Shown piece by piece: positions 49,961-60,147 of a stretch of 64,000 bases of DNA (its first letter is position 1; each line of letters begins with the position of its first letter). The stretch spans positions 8,183 through 72,182 of the forward strand of contig CAYIYR010000003.1 of NCBI GenBank assembly GCA_964367815.1, given 5' to 3'. The notes under the pieces were generated by a model that saw only the letters and a program-made list of their open reading frames with translations, was not told the DNA's origin and did not search any database. This DNA comes from an uncultured Eubacteriales bacterium (GTDB taxonomy: Bacteria > Bacillota_I > Bacilli_A > RFN20 > UBA1709). The position numbers and the translations under genes were made by a program.

Positions 49961-50940
49961 TAGATAAGTCCTCCTTTTTTTACTATTTTATAGAACAGTT
50001 GATCTAGCAACAAAGGTCCATTCACATTGTAGTCAATTTTGCCTCTGGCCAGCATAACTTGTAGAACCGCATCATCGACTTCAATATACTTAATTGCTAA
50101 ACTATTGGGCTCAAAAGGACTCTCAAGAAATTCATCAATATGTCCCCATAACAATTCTCGCAAATATATTTCAAGTATCTCCAAGTATAATGCACAATCA
50201 TCACGACTATTCAATTTCGGTTCGATCTCTTGTTGAACAAAATAATGTATTTCTAGAGGCGAGGTAAACAATTTCATAAATGTTTCATGAGCCAAATCTT
50301 TAATTGTATTGTAAGAACTATTCTCAAGTAACTCTGTTACTTCCTCAACCGAATTATTGAAGGTTGCAAGTATTTTAGCATCAATTGAAGAAAGTCCAGT
50401 CTCAATTAACTCGGAAATTAATCGTTCCTTTGATAAGCCTTTTAACCGAACTAATTGACAGCGAGAAACAATTGTTGGTAAAACCTTCGCAATATTCTCA
50501 GTTGTCAAAATACCAATAATATTGTCGCTTGGTTCTTCCAAAAATTTTAACAAGCGATTTACGGCCACCGTGTTCGCATTTTCGATTAAATGAATCACAT
50601 AAATTCGAATTCCTTTCGGTTCCAAGGCCGTTCTGCTAAACGCAGCCTGTAAACTCTCTATTGCATCTTTGTTTATATTGCCACCATCCTGATTAATGAA
50701 TTCAAAATCAGCATAGCTGCCGTTTTTCATTCGCTCGCAGGTTAAGCATTCTTCACAAGCTAAAGGATTTGGATCCTCGCAAACAAAACTTTGTGCCAAG
50801 AAAAGAGCAGTTTCCTTTAATGGCATACCACGAGAGCCACTAATTAGGTACGCATGGCTGGTTTGCTTGCGGGAAAAAGCATTATGAAAAGTCTTATATG
50901 CTATTTCCTGATTTGCTTTTAAAAGCTCGCCTGTTTTCAA
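49960..50940 (-). CDS. holB: DNA polymerase III delta-prime subunit
   Basis: HAYLISGSRGM, zinc-module-like CEECLTCERM, LLKFLEEP, SRCQ. Confidence 0.88.
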   Translation of the reverse strand: MKTGELLKANQEIAYKTFHNAFSRKQTSHAYLISGSRGMPLKETALFLAQSFVCEDPNPLACEECLTCERMKNGSYADFEFINQDGGNINKDAIESLQAAFSRTALEPKGIRIYVIHLIENANTVAVNRLLKFLEEPSDNIIGILTTENIAKVLPTIVSRCQLVRLKGLSKERLISELIETGLSSIDAKILATFNNSVEEVTELLENSSYNTIKDLAHETFMKLFTSPLEIHYFVQQEIEPKLNSRDDCALYLEILEIYLRELLWGHIDEFLESPFEPNSLAIKYIEVDDAVLQVMLARGKIDYNVNGPLLLDQLFYKIVKKGGLI

Positions 50941-50951
50941 ATCTGCTCCTC

Positions 50952-51566
50952 CTAGATGTAACTATCAATTACCTTCATTACGTCATTAACAACTTCTTCA
51001 ATGCTCTTAGAAGCATCGATTTTCTTAATTCTTTCGGGATATTTTTCCAGTAAAACTAAATAGCCTTTTCTCACCTTTCGGTGGAATTCAATTCTTTCTA
51101 AATCTAAACGGTTAACTTCCCGATTAGCATCTTTATCAATTCTTGATAAGCCTGCTTCCGATTCAATATCAAAATAGATGGTTAAATCAGGTAGTCGACC
51201 CTCGGTTGCAAATAAGTTGATATTCATAACCTTATCAATGCCGATATCTCTAGCATAACCCTGATATGCCAATGAGCTATCGATGAAGCGATCACAAATA
51301 ACAAGCTTGTTAGCATCAAGGGCAGGAATTACTTTTTCAACCAAATGCTGGCGTCGACTAGCCGCAAATAACAAAGCTTCGGTTAATTTATCCATTTCCG
51401 TATTATTACGTTTAAGTAGAATTCTTCTGATTTGCTCAGCAATATAGCTGCCACCAGGTTCTCTAGTGTAGACCACTTGCAAGCCTCTATTCTCTAACAA
51501 TTCAACAACCTTATTCGCAATGGTTGTCTTGCCACTGCCTTCTGGTCCTTCAAATGTGATAAACAT
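50952..51566 (-). CDS. tmk: Thymidylate kinase
   Basis: MFITFEGPEGSGKTT, DRFIDSSLAYQG. Confidence 0.95.
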   Translation of the reverse strand: MFITFEGPEGSGKTTIANKVVELLENRGLQVVYTREPGGSYIAEQIRRILLKRNNTEMDKLTEALLFAASRRQHLVEKVIPALDANKLVICDRFIDSSLAYQGYARDIGIDKVMNINLFATEGRLPDLTIYFDIESEAGLSRIDKDANREVNRLDLERIEFHRKVRKGYLVLLEKYPERIKKIDASKSIEEVVNDVMKVIDSYI

Positions 51567-51711
51567 ATTTTCACCTCAATTAGTAATATTTTCATATAAA
51601 TATTATAACGCACAGCCAAAGCTATTTCCATAAATATTTGGTTTGATTTATAAAATGACTAAAAGGAATGCGAAAATGTTGTAACTAATAATAAATAGTG
51701 TATAATTATAG

Positions 51712-51868
51712 TGTCTTCAGGGTCGGGTGCAATTCCCTACTGGCGGTATACCCCGCGAGCCAATCGGCTGAACCGTTGTAATTACGGTGGCAACAGTAAA
51801 GTCTGGAAGAAAGAAGCGATTTTTTAGTTTCTTTTGATTGTGATCCTGAACTTCAGGATTTTTTTATT
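51712..51868 (+). promoter_or_regulatory. FMN riboswitch (RFN element) with intrinsic terminator, controlling ribU
   Basis: CTTCAGGGTCGGGTGCAATTCCCTACTGGCGGTATACCCCGCGAGCC...CAACAGTAAAGTCTGGAAGAAAGAAG. Terminator ATCCTGA-ACT-TCAGGAT plus TTTTTT (51842-51868). Likely promoter TTGTAA/TATAAT at 51679-51706. Confidence 0.92.
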
Positions 51869-51880
51869 TGGAGGTAAATT

Positions 51881-52690
51881 ATGAAGTTCGGAAAAAAAGG
51901 TTTAGTTTCGATTATCTTAAGTTGTCTATTTTTTGTGGCCGCTATTGTTGTCTTCTGTCTCAATCTAACGATTTGGAGTGAACTAAGCAACCACAAACTC
52001 ATTAATGCTTTAATTGGTGTGATTATTTTCGTTGGCATTATTTTCCTAGTTATTGCATTTTTTGACAAAGAAGCCTTGGGTGGAAAGAAAAAAATAATCA
52101 CCACAAAAATGATGGCGGTTGTGGGAGTAATGAGTGCAATCTCTGCAGTTCTTTATTTATTTGTTAAGTTTCCATTGCCAATCTTCCCAAGCTTTCTTGA
52201 TATACAGGTATCAGAGATACCTGCATTGATTGTTGGTTATGCCTACGGTCCCTTTGCTGGTGTCTTAGTTTTGCTTATTCGTTTCATAATAAAATTGCCC
52301 CAATCTGGGACATTCTGTGTTGGCGAAATTGGCGATTTAATTATTGGAATTGCTTTGGTGATACCATCCAGTCTAATCTATCGTAAGTATAAAACATTTA
52401 AAGGAGCCATTCTTAGTTTCATTATCTCGGCTTTCTTGGCCACATTTGTTGCCATGCTAGCTAACTGGATTATACTAATACCTTGTTATGTCTATTTCTA
52501 TTTTGGTGGCAACTTTGAAGCGGTCGTTAAGATTTGTGCTGTTGCGATGCCAAAGATTAATGCAACCAATTTTATGCCGCTTTACTTATTTGGAGCGGTG
52601 TTACCATTCAACTTATTACGTTATTCATTGGTCGGTGTAATCACCTTCCTAATTTATAAACGAATTCATATTTTGATAAATAGGATCTAA
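51881..52690 (+). CDS. ribU: Riboflavin ECF transporter S component RibU with a ~75-aa N-terminal two-TM extension
   Basis: aa 77-269 match the RibU pattern (FPLPIFPSFLDIQVSEIPALIVGYAYGPFAG). TGGAGGT RBS lies 7 nt before the ATG at 51881. The FMN riboswitch is upstream. Confidence 0.8.
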   Translation: MKFGKKGLVSIILSCLFFVAAIVVFCLNLTIWSELSNHKLINALIGVIIFVGIIFLVIAFFDKEALGGKKKIITTKMMAVVGVMSAISAVLYLFVKFPLPIFPSFLDIQVSEIPALIVGYAYGPFAGVLVLLIRFIIKLPQSGTFCVGEIGDLIIGIALVIPSSLIYRKYKTFKGAILSFIISAFLATFVAMLANWIILIPCYVYFYFGGNFEAVVKICAVAMPKINATNFMPLYLFGAVLPFNLLRYSLVGVITFLIYKRIHILINRI

Positions 52691-52727
52691 AAAAAAGAGG
52701 GATTTGTAAATCAATTCCCTCTTTTTA
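52689..52727. terminator. Bidirectional terminator between ribU and the ferredoxin gene
   Basis: AAAAAAAGAGGGATT-tgtaaatc-AATTCCCTCTTTTT. Confidence 0.8.
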
Positions 52728-52730
52728 GTA

Positions 52731-52919
52731 CTATTCAACTACGATTGCTTGAACTGGGCAAGAATCTTTAGCTTCATTAACTTGTTCGGCTAAATCGGCT
52801 GGAACCTCACCTAAGACATTCTCGGCTAAGCCATCATCGCCAATGGCGAAGACTGCTGATGCAACACCAGCGCAGAGACCGCAACCAATGCATTGTTCCT
52901 TCTTAACTTCTACTTTCAT
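52731..52919 (-). CDS. Small [4Fe-4S]/[3Fe-4S] ferredoxin (62 aa)
   Basis: MKVEVKKEQCIGCGLCAGV...CPVQAIVVE. ATG at 52919 after AGGAGGTTATCTAAC. TTGCAG-17-TATAAT promoter upstream. Confidence 0.85.
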   Translation of the reverse strand: MKVEVKKEQCIGCGLCAGVASAVFAIGDDGLAENVLGEVPADLAEQVNEAKDSCPVQAIVVE

Positions 52920-53255
52920 GTTAGATAACCTCCTAATATTATTGATAAAACAATTATAGATTAACAGCAAAATTTCTGCAAGTCATTTATCTGAATTGAC
53001 ATTCACTTTTTTATTATCTTTCAATATCAATTATCTTTGCAATATAGTCAACATCCTCAATTGTCAGTAAAAAAAATCTTTTTTCTGATAATTTCTTCAT
53101 TTGATGATTCATATGTTTGCATTTTACCATTAAAATTTTACATAATATTGACAATTTATCTTATATAAAATTAGCTTCATTTTGATAGCGTATTTCTTGA
53201 CTATCAATAATTGCTCATATAAAATCTACTTATACTAATAAGGGTGGTGATTTTG

Positions 53256-54086
53256 ATGTATGAAATTCTAGCCAAACGCCAATTAGCAGAAAATGTTGTT
53301 GAATATGTTTTTGCTGCGCCTCTTATTGCTAAAAAGGCCTTAGCCGGAGAATTTGTTATTCTGCGTGTTGATTTTGAAGGCGAAAGAGTACCATTTACAA
53401 TCTGTGATTACAATCGAGATAGTGGCACAATTACTCTGCTAATTCAAACAGTAGGATATACAACCGCTAAGCTGTCAGCATTAAATGTTGGTGATAAAAT
53501 TGCTGATTTAGTCGGTCCTTTAGGCAATCCGACTGATTTGAGTCTCTATAAAAACATTCTTCTAGTCGGTGGTGGAATTGGTACTGCCGTTATCTATCCG
53601 CAAGCCAAACACCTAAAAACACTTGGTAAAACTGCTGACTGCATAGTTGGAGCTCGTAATCAAAGCCTAGTTATGTATGAAAATGAATTGAAATTATCCA
53701 CTAATAATCTATATATTATGACCGATGATGGTAGCTATGGTGAAAAAGGGTTTGTCACCACAAAAATTCAGGAATTGCTAGCCACCGGTAAAAAATATGA
53801 TTGTGTCTTTGCTGTTGGTCCCCTACCAATGATGAAAGCTGTTTGTGAGTTAACAAAAACTTATGGGATAAAAACCATTGTAAGTATGAATAGTATTATG
53901 GTTGATGGTACAGGTATGTGTGGTTGCTGCCGCTTAACTGTTGGTGGTGAAACTAAGTATGCTTGTGTTGATGGCCCGGAGTTTGATGGTCATTTGATTG
54001 ACTTCAATGAAGCTGCAAATCGTGGTCGCTTCTATCGTGAGCAAGAACAAACTCATTACTGTAAGTTAACAGGAGGAAAGAAATAA
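53256..54086 (+). CDS. nfnA: NfnA-type FAD/[2Fe-2S] subunit (sulfide/dihydroorotate dehydrogenase-like)
   Basis: FNR-like fold; C-terminal GMCGCCRLTVGGETKYACVDGPEF. ATG at 53256 after GGGTGGTGA. Its stop overlaps the partner start (ATAATG). Confidence 0.7.
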   Translation: MYEILAKRQLAENVVEYVFAAPLIAKKALAGEFVILRVDFEGERVPFTICDYNRDSGTITLLIQTVGYTTAKLSALNVGDKIADLVGPLGNPTDLSLYKNILLVGGGIGTAVIYPQAKHLKTLGKTADCIVGARNQSLVMYENELKLSTNNLYIMTDDGSYGEKGFVTTKIQELLATGKKYDCVFAVGPLPMMKAVCELTKTYGIKTIVSMNSIMVDGTGMCGCCRLTVGGETKYACVDGPEFDGHLIDFNEAANRGRFYREQEQTHYCKLTGGKK

Positions 54087-55465
54087 TGAATAACAATCCT
54101 CGTAATCAAATGCCTACCCAAATCGCTTCAATTCGCAAGCACAACTTCAAAGAAGTTGCTTTGGGGTTTGATGATCAACTAGCAAAAAGTGAAGCCGAAA
54201 GATGTTTAAATTGTAAAAATCCCGCCTGTGTTAAAGGATGTCCCGTTAACGTTAATATTCCCGCCTTCATCCAAGAAGTTAAGATAGGTAATTTAACAGC
54301 AGGGGTCAATAGTTTAAAAAGCGACAATAGTCTACCCGCCATCTGTGGCCGGGTTTGTCCCCAAGAAAGTCAATGTGAAAAGTATTGTATTCGTAAAGAA
54401 AGACTTGGCGGTAGCGTAGCTATTGGTGCCTTAGAAAGATATACTGCTGATTATGCTATTTTTGGTGATTATCAGCAAGCAATAAAAAAGCCAATTAGCA
54501 ATAACAAAAAAGTTGCGGTTATCGGTAGCGGTCCTAGTGGACTCACCTGTGCTGCTCAACTTGCAAAAGCCGGCTTTTCTGTTACCATCTATGAAGCTTT
54601 TCATAAAGCTGGTGGTGTTTTGGTCTATGGTATTCCCGAATTCAGATTACCAAAATCCTTGGTTGAAGCTGAGATTAATACGCTTAAGGAACTTGGTGTC
54701 AATTTCGAATTTGATGTTGTCATTGGCAAAACCATCTCGCTAGAAGATCTCCTTAAACAATATGATTCCGTTTTCATTGGAACCGGAGCTGGTCTACCCT
54801 CCTTTTTAAATATCAAAGGAGAGAACCTGAATGGGGTTTATTCTGCCAATGAATACTTAACTAGAGTCAATTTAATGAAAGCCTATGATGCTAAAAGCAT
54901 CACTCCTCTCCAAAGAGGAAAGAATGTCGTGGTTGTTGGCGCTGGAAATGTTGCCATGGATGCAGCAAGAACAGCATTAAGAGTTGGTGCTGAGCATGTT
55001 TATTTAGTCTATCGAAGAAGTCGGAGTGAAATGCCAGCTCGTGAAGAAGAAATCATTCATGCGGAAGAAGAAGGAATCATTTTTAACCTTTTAACAAATC
55101 CAGTTGAAATCATTGGTGAAAATGGTAATGTAACCGCGATGAAATGCATTCGAATGGAACTTGGCGAACCCGATTCATCAGGAAGACGTTCACCAAAGCC
55201 AATTAGTGGCAGTGAGTTCCTCTTCCCTTGTGATCAAGTAATAGTCGCTTTAGGAACAACGCCAAATCCTTTACTGAAAGCCAATACAAAAGGGTTATTG
55301 ACTTCCAAAAAAGGCACCATTGAAGTCAATCCAGAAACCGGTGAAACTTCAATTCCCAATGTCTACGCTGGTGGCGATGCTGTCACCGGTGCCGCAACTG
55401 TCATCTTAGCCATGGGTGCTGGCAAGTTAGCAGCAGCCGCAATTATTAAGAAGTTCAGTAAATAA
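54086..55465 (+). CDS. nfnB: NfnB-type subunit (GltD-like NADPH-dependent oxidoreductase, 2x[4Fe-4S] + FAD)
   Basis: CLNCKNPACVKGCP, CGRVCPQESQCE, GSGPSGLTCA, VVGAGNVAMDAAR, GGDAVTGAATV. Confidence 0.7.
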   Translation: MNNNPRNQMPTQIASIRKHNFKEVALGFDDQLAKSEAERCLNCKNPACVKGCPVNVNIPAFIQEVKIGNLTAGVNSLKSDNSLPAICGRVCPQESQCEKYCIRKERLGGSVAIGALERYTADYAIFGDYQQAIKKPISNNKKVAVIGSGPSGLTCAAQLAKAGFSVTIYEAFHKAGGVLVYGIPEFRLPKSLVEAEINTLKELGVNFEFDVVIGKTISLEDLLKQYDSVFIGTGAGLPSFLNIKGENLNGVYSANEYLTRVNLMKAYDAKSITPLQRGKNVVVVGAGNVAMDAARTALRVGAEHVYLVYRRSRSEMPAREEEIIHAEEEGIIFNLLTNPVEIIGENGNVTAMKCIRMELGEPDSSGRRSPKPISGSEFLFPCDQVIVALGTTPNPLLKANTKGLLTSKKGTIEVNPETGETSIPNVYAGGDAVTGAATVILAMGAGKLAAAAIIKKFSK

Positions 55466-55473
55466 TATTAACT

Positions 55474-55503
55474 AGCATGATTAGAAATAGTCATGCTTTT
55501 TTG
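55474..55503 (+). terminator. Terminator after nfnB
   Basis: AGCATGA-ttagaaatag-TCATGCT-TTTTTG. Confidence 0.75.
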
Positions 55504-55574
55504 TCTTTCGCTTTATTTTTCTAGGTTTTTAATGTATCATTAAGAGATGTAAAGTTTAGTTAGGTGGTGTTAGT

Positions 55575-56252
55575 ATGAAACAAATGATAATTGCAATTGA
55601 TGGGCCAGCTGCTAGTGGCAAAAGCACAGTTGCTAAAACTGTTGCTAAAGCTCTCGGATATCGTTATCTTGATACGGGAGCAATGTATCGTTGCTATACT
55701 CTTTTTGTTATCAATCGAAATATAGATTCTTACAATGAAGAAGAAGTAGGTCGCCATGTGCACGAAGCACGAATTGAAGTTAATGGTAGCCAAGCTTTCT
55801 TAAATGGGAAAGAAGTTACAAAAGATATTCGCTCAACTCAGGTTACTTCCCTAGTTTCCAAAGTCTGCTCTTACGCTGCAGTTAGAGCCTACATGGTAGA
55901 AGAACAAAGGCGCTTAGCCAACGATGGCAAAAGTGGTGTTGTTTTAGATGGTCGTGACATTGGAACTTATGTGTTTCCAAATGCTGATTTAAAGATCTTT
56001 TTGACAGCTTCTTACGAAGTAAGAGCTAACAGAAGATATCTTGAAAATATCGAAAGAGGAATAAACACTTCTTTGGAAGAGATTAAGACAGATTTATTGC
56101 GTCGCGATAAGGAAGATTCTACTAGAGAGATTTCTCCCTTAAGTATCGCTTATGATGCAATCTATTTGGACAATTCAGCCATGAATACGGATGAAACTGC
56201 CCAATTTGTTCTTGATCGGGTTAAAGAAATCGAGGAAAGAAATCATGCTTAG
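55575..56252 (+). CDS. cmk: Cytidylate kinase
   Basis: IAIDGPAASGKSTVAK, YLDTGAMYR. Confidence 0.95.
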   Translation: MKQMIIAIDGPAASGKSTVAKTVAKALGYRYLDTGAMYRCYTLFVINRNIDSYNEEEVGRHVHEARIEVNGSQAFLNGKEVTKDIRSTQVTSLVSKVCSYAAVRAYMVEEQRRLANDGKSGVVLDGRDIGTYVFPNADLKIFLTASYEVRANRRYLENIERGINTSLEEIKTDLLRRDKEDSTREISPLSIAYDAIYLDNSAMNTDETAQFVLDRVKEIEERNHA

Positions 56253-57555
56253 TGGTAAAGTAGCAATCGTTGGTCGTCCCAATGTTGGAAAATCAACTAT
56301 ATTTAATCGAATTATTGGTACGCGTTATTCCATCGTTTCCGATGAAGCGGGTGTCACCAGAGATAGAATCTATGGTAAAGGCATCTGGCTGACAAAGGAA
56401 TTCTCTTTGATCGATACTGGTGGTATCGAAATTGAAAATCGGACTTTTCAGGAGCAAATTCGGTCTCAAGCAGAAATCGCTATTGAAGAAGCCGATGTCA
56501 TTCTTTTCATTGTTGATGCAAGAACAGGCGTTACTGATGATGATAAATTGGTTACCAGAATCTTACGCAAATCAGGAAAACCAATTGTTTTAGCTGCCAA
56601 TAAGGTTGATGATCAACATCTAAAAGATGGTATTTATGATTTCTACTCTTTGGGAATTGGCGATCCCATCCCCACTAGTGGAATTCACGGCATTGGTATT
56701 GGCGATATTCTCGACCAAATTATCAAATTATTGCCTGACAAAGAGGAACAAGAAGATGCTAGTGAGATAAAGTTCTGCTTAATAGGTCGTCCTAATGTTG
56801 GTAAATCAAGCTTAGTGAATGCCATTTTAGATAAAGATCGGGTTATTGTTTCTAATGTTGAAGGGACAACTCGTGATGCGATTGATACTCCTTTTGAAAG
56901 AGATGGCGTTAAATATAGTGTTGTTGATACTGCAGGATTGAAAAAAAGAGGCCGTATCTATGAAGCCGTTGATAAATACAGTGCCTTACGAGCCTTAATG
57001 GCCATCGAAAGAAGCGACATTGTGCTTCTATTAATCGATGCAAGCACGGGTATTAGAGAACAAGACAAGAATATTGTCAGTTATGCTTTAGATAACCACA
57101 AAGCCATCGTTATTGTTGTAAATAAGTGGGATGCCATCGAAAAAGATGAAAAAACGATGTCTGATTTCACCAAAAAGATTCGTAATGAATTCAAATTCAT
57201 TGATTATGCCCCAATTGTCTTTGTCTCAGCATTAAACAAATCGCGCCTTCCCTCTTTATTTGAGGCTTTGAAACTCGCTTATGAAGGGGCGACAAAAAGA
57301 ATTAAGACTAGTACCCTTAACCAAGTTGTTATGGATGCTCAACACTTCACCCCACCAGCTGAATTTAATGGCGGCACCATTAAAATTAATTACTCGAATC
57401 AAGTTGGTACTAAACCACCAACCATTATCTTCTTCTGTAATAATCCTGAATTCCTTCACTTTAGTTATAAACGTTACTTAGAGAATCAATTAAGAGAAGC
57501 GTTTGGCTTTGAAGGGTCACCGATAAACATGGTGTTTAGAGCAAAATCAGAATAA
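56245..57555 (+). CDS. der: Ribosome-associated GTPase Der (EngA)
   Basis: Two G domains (GRPNVGKST twice, DTGG/DTAG, NKVD/NKWD) and a KH-like C-terminus. ATG at 56245 after GAGGAAAG; 8-nt overlap with cmk. Confidence 0.95.
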   Translation: MLSGKVAIVGRPNVGKSTIFNRIIGTRYSIVSDEAGVTRDRIYGKGIWLTKEFSLIDTGGIEIENRTFQEQIRSQAEIAIEEADVILFIVDARTGVTDDDKLVTRILRKSGKPIVLAANKVDDQHLKDGIYDFYSLGIGDPIPTSGIHGIGIGDILDQIIKLLPDKEEQEDASEIKFCLIGRPNVGKSSLVNAILDKDRVIVSNVEGTTRDAIDTPFERDGVKYSVVDTAGLKKRGRIYEAVDKYSALRALMAIERSDIVLLLIDASTGIREQDKNIVSYALDNHKAIVIVVNKWDAIEKDEKTMSDFTKKIRNEFKFIDYAPIVFVSALNKSRLPSLFEALKLAYEGATKRIKTSTLNQVVMDAQHFTPPAEFNGGTIKINYSNQVGTKPPTIIFFCNNPEFLHFSYKRYLENQLREAFGFEGSPINMVFRAKSE

Positions 57556-57592
57556 AAAAACCTTCGCTAATTATTAAGCGAAGGATTTTTAT
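57554..57592. terminator. Bidirectional terminator between der and the convergent membrane gene
   Basis: AAAAAAA-CCTTCGCT-aattatta-AGCGAAGG-ATTTTTATTTT. Confidence 0.85.
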
Positions 57593-57607
57593 TTTGTTAT
57601 CAGTATT

Positions 57608-58213
57608 TTATTCTTTTTTATCTTCCGATGTATTAGTTACTTCACTCTTCTTCTTTTTAGGATAGAAAGTGAAAGTTAAGAATATACCGAATAGGCCTAT
57701 AAGAGCGAAAATCACTGCAATTATCCAGGCAATTGTCTCATCAGTAATTTTGATATTGAAGAAACAATAGGTACCAATAGTAATTAAAACAATTGCAAAA
57801 TACTTGTAAAATTTGCCACCTTTTGTAGTTTTTTGATAATAGACTTCATTGACCACGTTGACAATTCCTCTCAGCCAAATTGCAAGGCCAATAATCATCG
57901 AAACATTTTTGGTTATCTGAGCATTCAAGACATAAATGTCGAAGACAGCTAAGAAAGAAGTAACAATCAAAAAGATAATTACTAGAATCTCAATTGAGGA
58001 TATAATCTTCAACTCGGCATTCTTGTTTTTAAAACGATCGAGATTAGACATAATAAAGAAAGCAAAATACAAGATTAATAATACTCCAATGACTGCACTG
58101 ATGACTTTCTGCGAGTTAATAACATTAACAGCAGGACAAATCAAGATTCCCACAACCAAGAAAGCAAGACCTAAAATCGCATAAACTAACCAATCATATT
58201 TGAATCTCTTCAT
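57608..58213 (-). CDS. Hypothetical 6-TM membrane protein (possibly HdeD/DUF308-like)
   Basis: 201 aa of repeated TM hairpins with a Lys-rich tail. The family call is tentative. Confidence 0.5.
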   Translation of the reverse strand: MKRFKYDWLVYAILGLAFLVVGILICPAVNVINSQKVISAVIGVLLILYFAFFIMSNLDRFKNKNAELKIISSIEILVIIFLIVTSFLAVFDIYVLNAQITKNVSMIIGLAIWLRGIVNVVNEVYYQKTTKGGKFYKYFAIVLITIGTYCFFNIKITDETIAWIIAVIFALIGLFGIFLTFTFYPKKKKSEVTNTSEDKKE

Positions 58214-58225
58214 AGTTCATCCTTT

Positions 58226-60046
58226 CTATTCGCCAGTCTTACGACTATCGAATTTCTTTCTTTCATTTGTATTTAAAATCATTTTTCTTAAGCGAAAATC
58301 CACAGGTGTAATCTCGACTAATTCATCGTTATTGATATAATCAAGAGCGACTTCTAATGAGAATACTCTTGGACGCTTTAAGACAACGGTATGATCCTTA
58401 CCTGCTGAACGCATGTTTGAAAGGTTCTTACTCTTTACTACGTTTACAGCGATATCAGTATCATATGCACACTCGCCAACTATCATACCCTCATATACTT
58501 TACGTCCTGGTTCAATAAACAAGGTACCACGACTTTCAATTTGTTCAATCGCATAGTGAGTTGCTAGACCATTATCTGTTGCTACTAGAACGCCAACTTT
58601 ACGTTCACCAACCTCAGCACTCTTGCGTTCACGATACTCTTTATAAGTATGACTCATGATACCATAACCTTTGGTTAAAGTCATGAAATCAGTTGAAAAG
58701 CCTAATAAGCCACGGGATGGAATTACGTAATGGACACGAGCTTGATTTTGATTAGTGGACATTGTAATAACTTCGCCACCTCTTGGTCCCAAGGCTTCCA
58801 TAACACTACCTAAGTAATCTTCAGGTACATCAATTTGGAGATCCTCATAAGGTTCACAAACAACGCCATCAATCTCTTTCAAAATGGCCTTTGGTTTGGA
58901 AGCTTGAAGTTCAAAACCTTCACGGCGCATATTCTCAATCAAGATTGAAAGATGCAATTCACCACGACCACAAACGATCCATGACTCACTATTCTCAATT
59001 CTCTTAACTCTTAAGCTAACATCAGTTTGCAAAGCTTTGAAAAGACGTTCTTCAATCTTTCTAGCGGTGACAAATTTGCCTTCTTGACCCGCAAAAGGAG
59101 AAGTATTGGTGGCAAAGGTCATTTCCAAGGTTGGCTCATCAATTCTAATTGGTGGCAACGGTAATAAATTGTCGACATTACAGATGGTTTCACCAACATT
59201 AATATCTACTAAACCACCAATAGCGACAATATCGCCAGCATACGCTTCATTAATTTCAATTCTCTTTAAACCCATAAATCCATAGAGTTTTTGAATTCTA
59301 AACTGCTTGACCGTTCCATCAAGACGCATACAGCTGACAACCTCATTGACAACCATTTTGCCTTTTGTAATTCTACCAATGCCAATTCTACCAATATAGT
59401 CATTGTAATCAAGTAGGGCTGGTTGGAATTGCAATGGAGCATCAGCATCGACTTTTGGAGCTGGGATATATTTGACAATAGTGTCAAAGATAGGATCCAT
59501 TGTTACTTCTTGATCATCAGGATTTGGTGAATAACTTGAGGTTCCTTTTAATGCTGAAGCATAAACCACTGGGAATTCTAATAAATCATCAGGAGCCCCT
59601 AATTCAATAAATAGTTCCAAAACCTCATCAACTGCTTTCACAGGATCAGCATGAGGACGGTCGACCTTATTAATAATGACAACTGGTTTAACATGGGCCT
59701 CTAAAGCTTTTTTCAAGACAAAGCGCGTCTGAGGCATAGTTCCCTCATACGCATCAACTACTAGTAAGACACCATCAACCATGTTCATAATTCTTTCAAC
59801 TTCACCGCCAAAATCAGCGTGACCCGGAGTATCCATAATATTAATGCGGTAATCTTTATAATTGATTGCCGTTGATTTAGCTAGGATGGTGATGCCTCTT
59901 TCTCTTTCAATATCATTACTATCCATAACTCGAGTTCTGACTTCTTCGTTGGCTCTGAAAGTACCTGATTGACGTAAAAGTTGGTCAACCAGCGTTGTCT
60001 TTCCATGGTCAACGTGAGCAATGATAGCAACGTTACGAATTTCCAT
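58226..60046 (-). CDS. typA: Translational GTPase TypA/BipA
   Basis: IRNVAIIAHVDHGKTTLVD, DTPGHADF, NKVD; 606 aa. Confidence 0.96.
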   Translation of the reverse strand: MEIRNVAIIAHVDHGKTTLVDQLLRQSGTFRANEEVRTRVMDSNDIERERGITILAKSTAINYKDYRINIMDTPGHADFGGEVERIMNMVDGVLLVVDAYEGTMPQTRFVLKKALEAHVKPVVIINKVDRPHADPVKAVDEVLELFIELGAPDDLLEFPVVYASALKGTSSYSPNPDDQEVTMDPIFDTIVKYIPAPKVDADAPLQFQPALLDYNDYIGRIGIGRITKGKMVVNEVVSCMRLDGTVKQFRIQKLYGFMGLKRIEINEAYAGDIVAIGGLVDINVGETICNVDNLLPLPPIRIDEPTLEMTFATNTSPFAGQEGKFVTARKIEERLFKALQTDVSLRVKRIENSESWIVCGRGELHLSILIENMRREGFELQASKPKAILKEIDGVVCEPYEDLQIDVPEDYLGSVMEALGPRGGEVITMSTNQNQARVHYVIPSRGLLGFSTDFMTLTKGYGIMSHTYKEYRERKSAEVGERKVGVLVATDNGLATHYAIEQIESRGTLFIEPGRKVYEGMIVGECAYDTDIAVNVVKSKNLSNMRSAGKDHTVVLKRPRVFSLEVALDYINNDELVEITPVDFRLRKMILNTNERKKFDSRKTGE

Positions 60047-60147
60047 ATAACAACACCTCGTTTTTCTAACTGTGAAATTATATCATATTATTTAGTCATG
60101 ATAAAGAAATTTCTTTAGAAATTAACGGAAAGTTAAAAAAAGAAGAG

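Noticed and set aside
51853-52104. 83-aa minus-strand ORF.
   Set aside because: Antisense to the ribU 5' end and the riboswitch terminator; a shadow ORF.
53017-53112. 32-codon minus-strand ORF (MNHQMKKLSEKRFFLLTIEDVDYIAKIIDIER) in the 285-bp ferredoxin/nfnA intergenic region. I also looked there for Rex-type operators (TTGTGAA-N6-TTCACAA).
   Set aside because: There is no RBS, and such ORFs are expected by chance in AT-rich DNA. I could not find a convincing Rex palindrome. The region is adequately explained by two divergent promoters (TTGCAG-17-TATAAT for the ferredoxin, TTGACA/TTGACT-containing candidates for nfnA).
60102-60117. Perfect 16-bp palindrome TAAAGAAATTTCTTTA upstream of the typA promoter.
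   Set aside because: A/T-only palindromes of this size are common in AT-rich spacers. It matches no operator consensus I know and has no second copy in the window.
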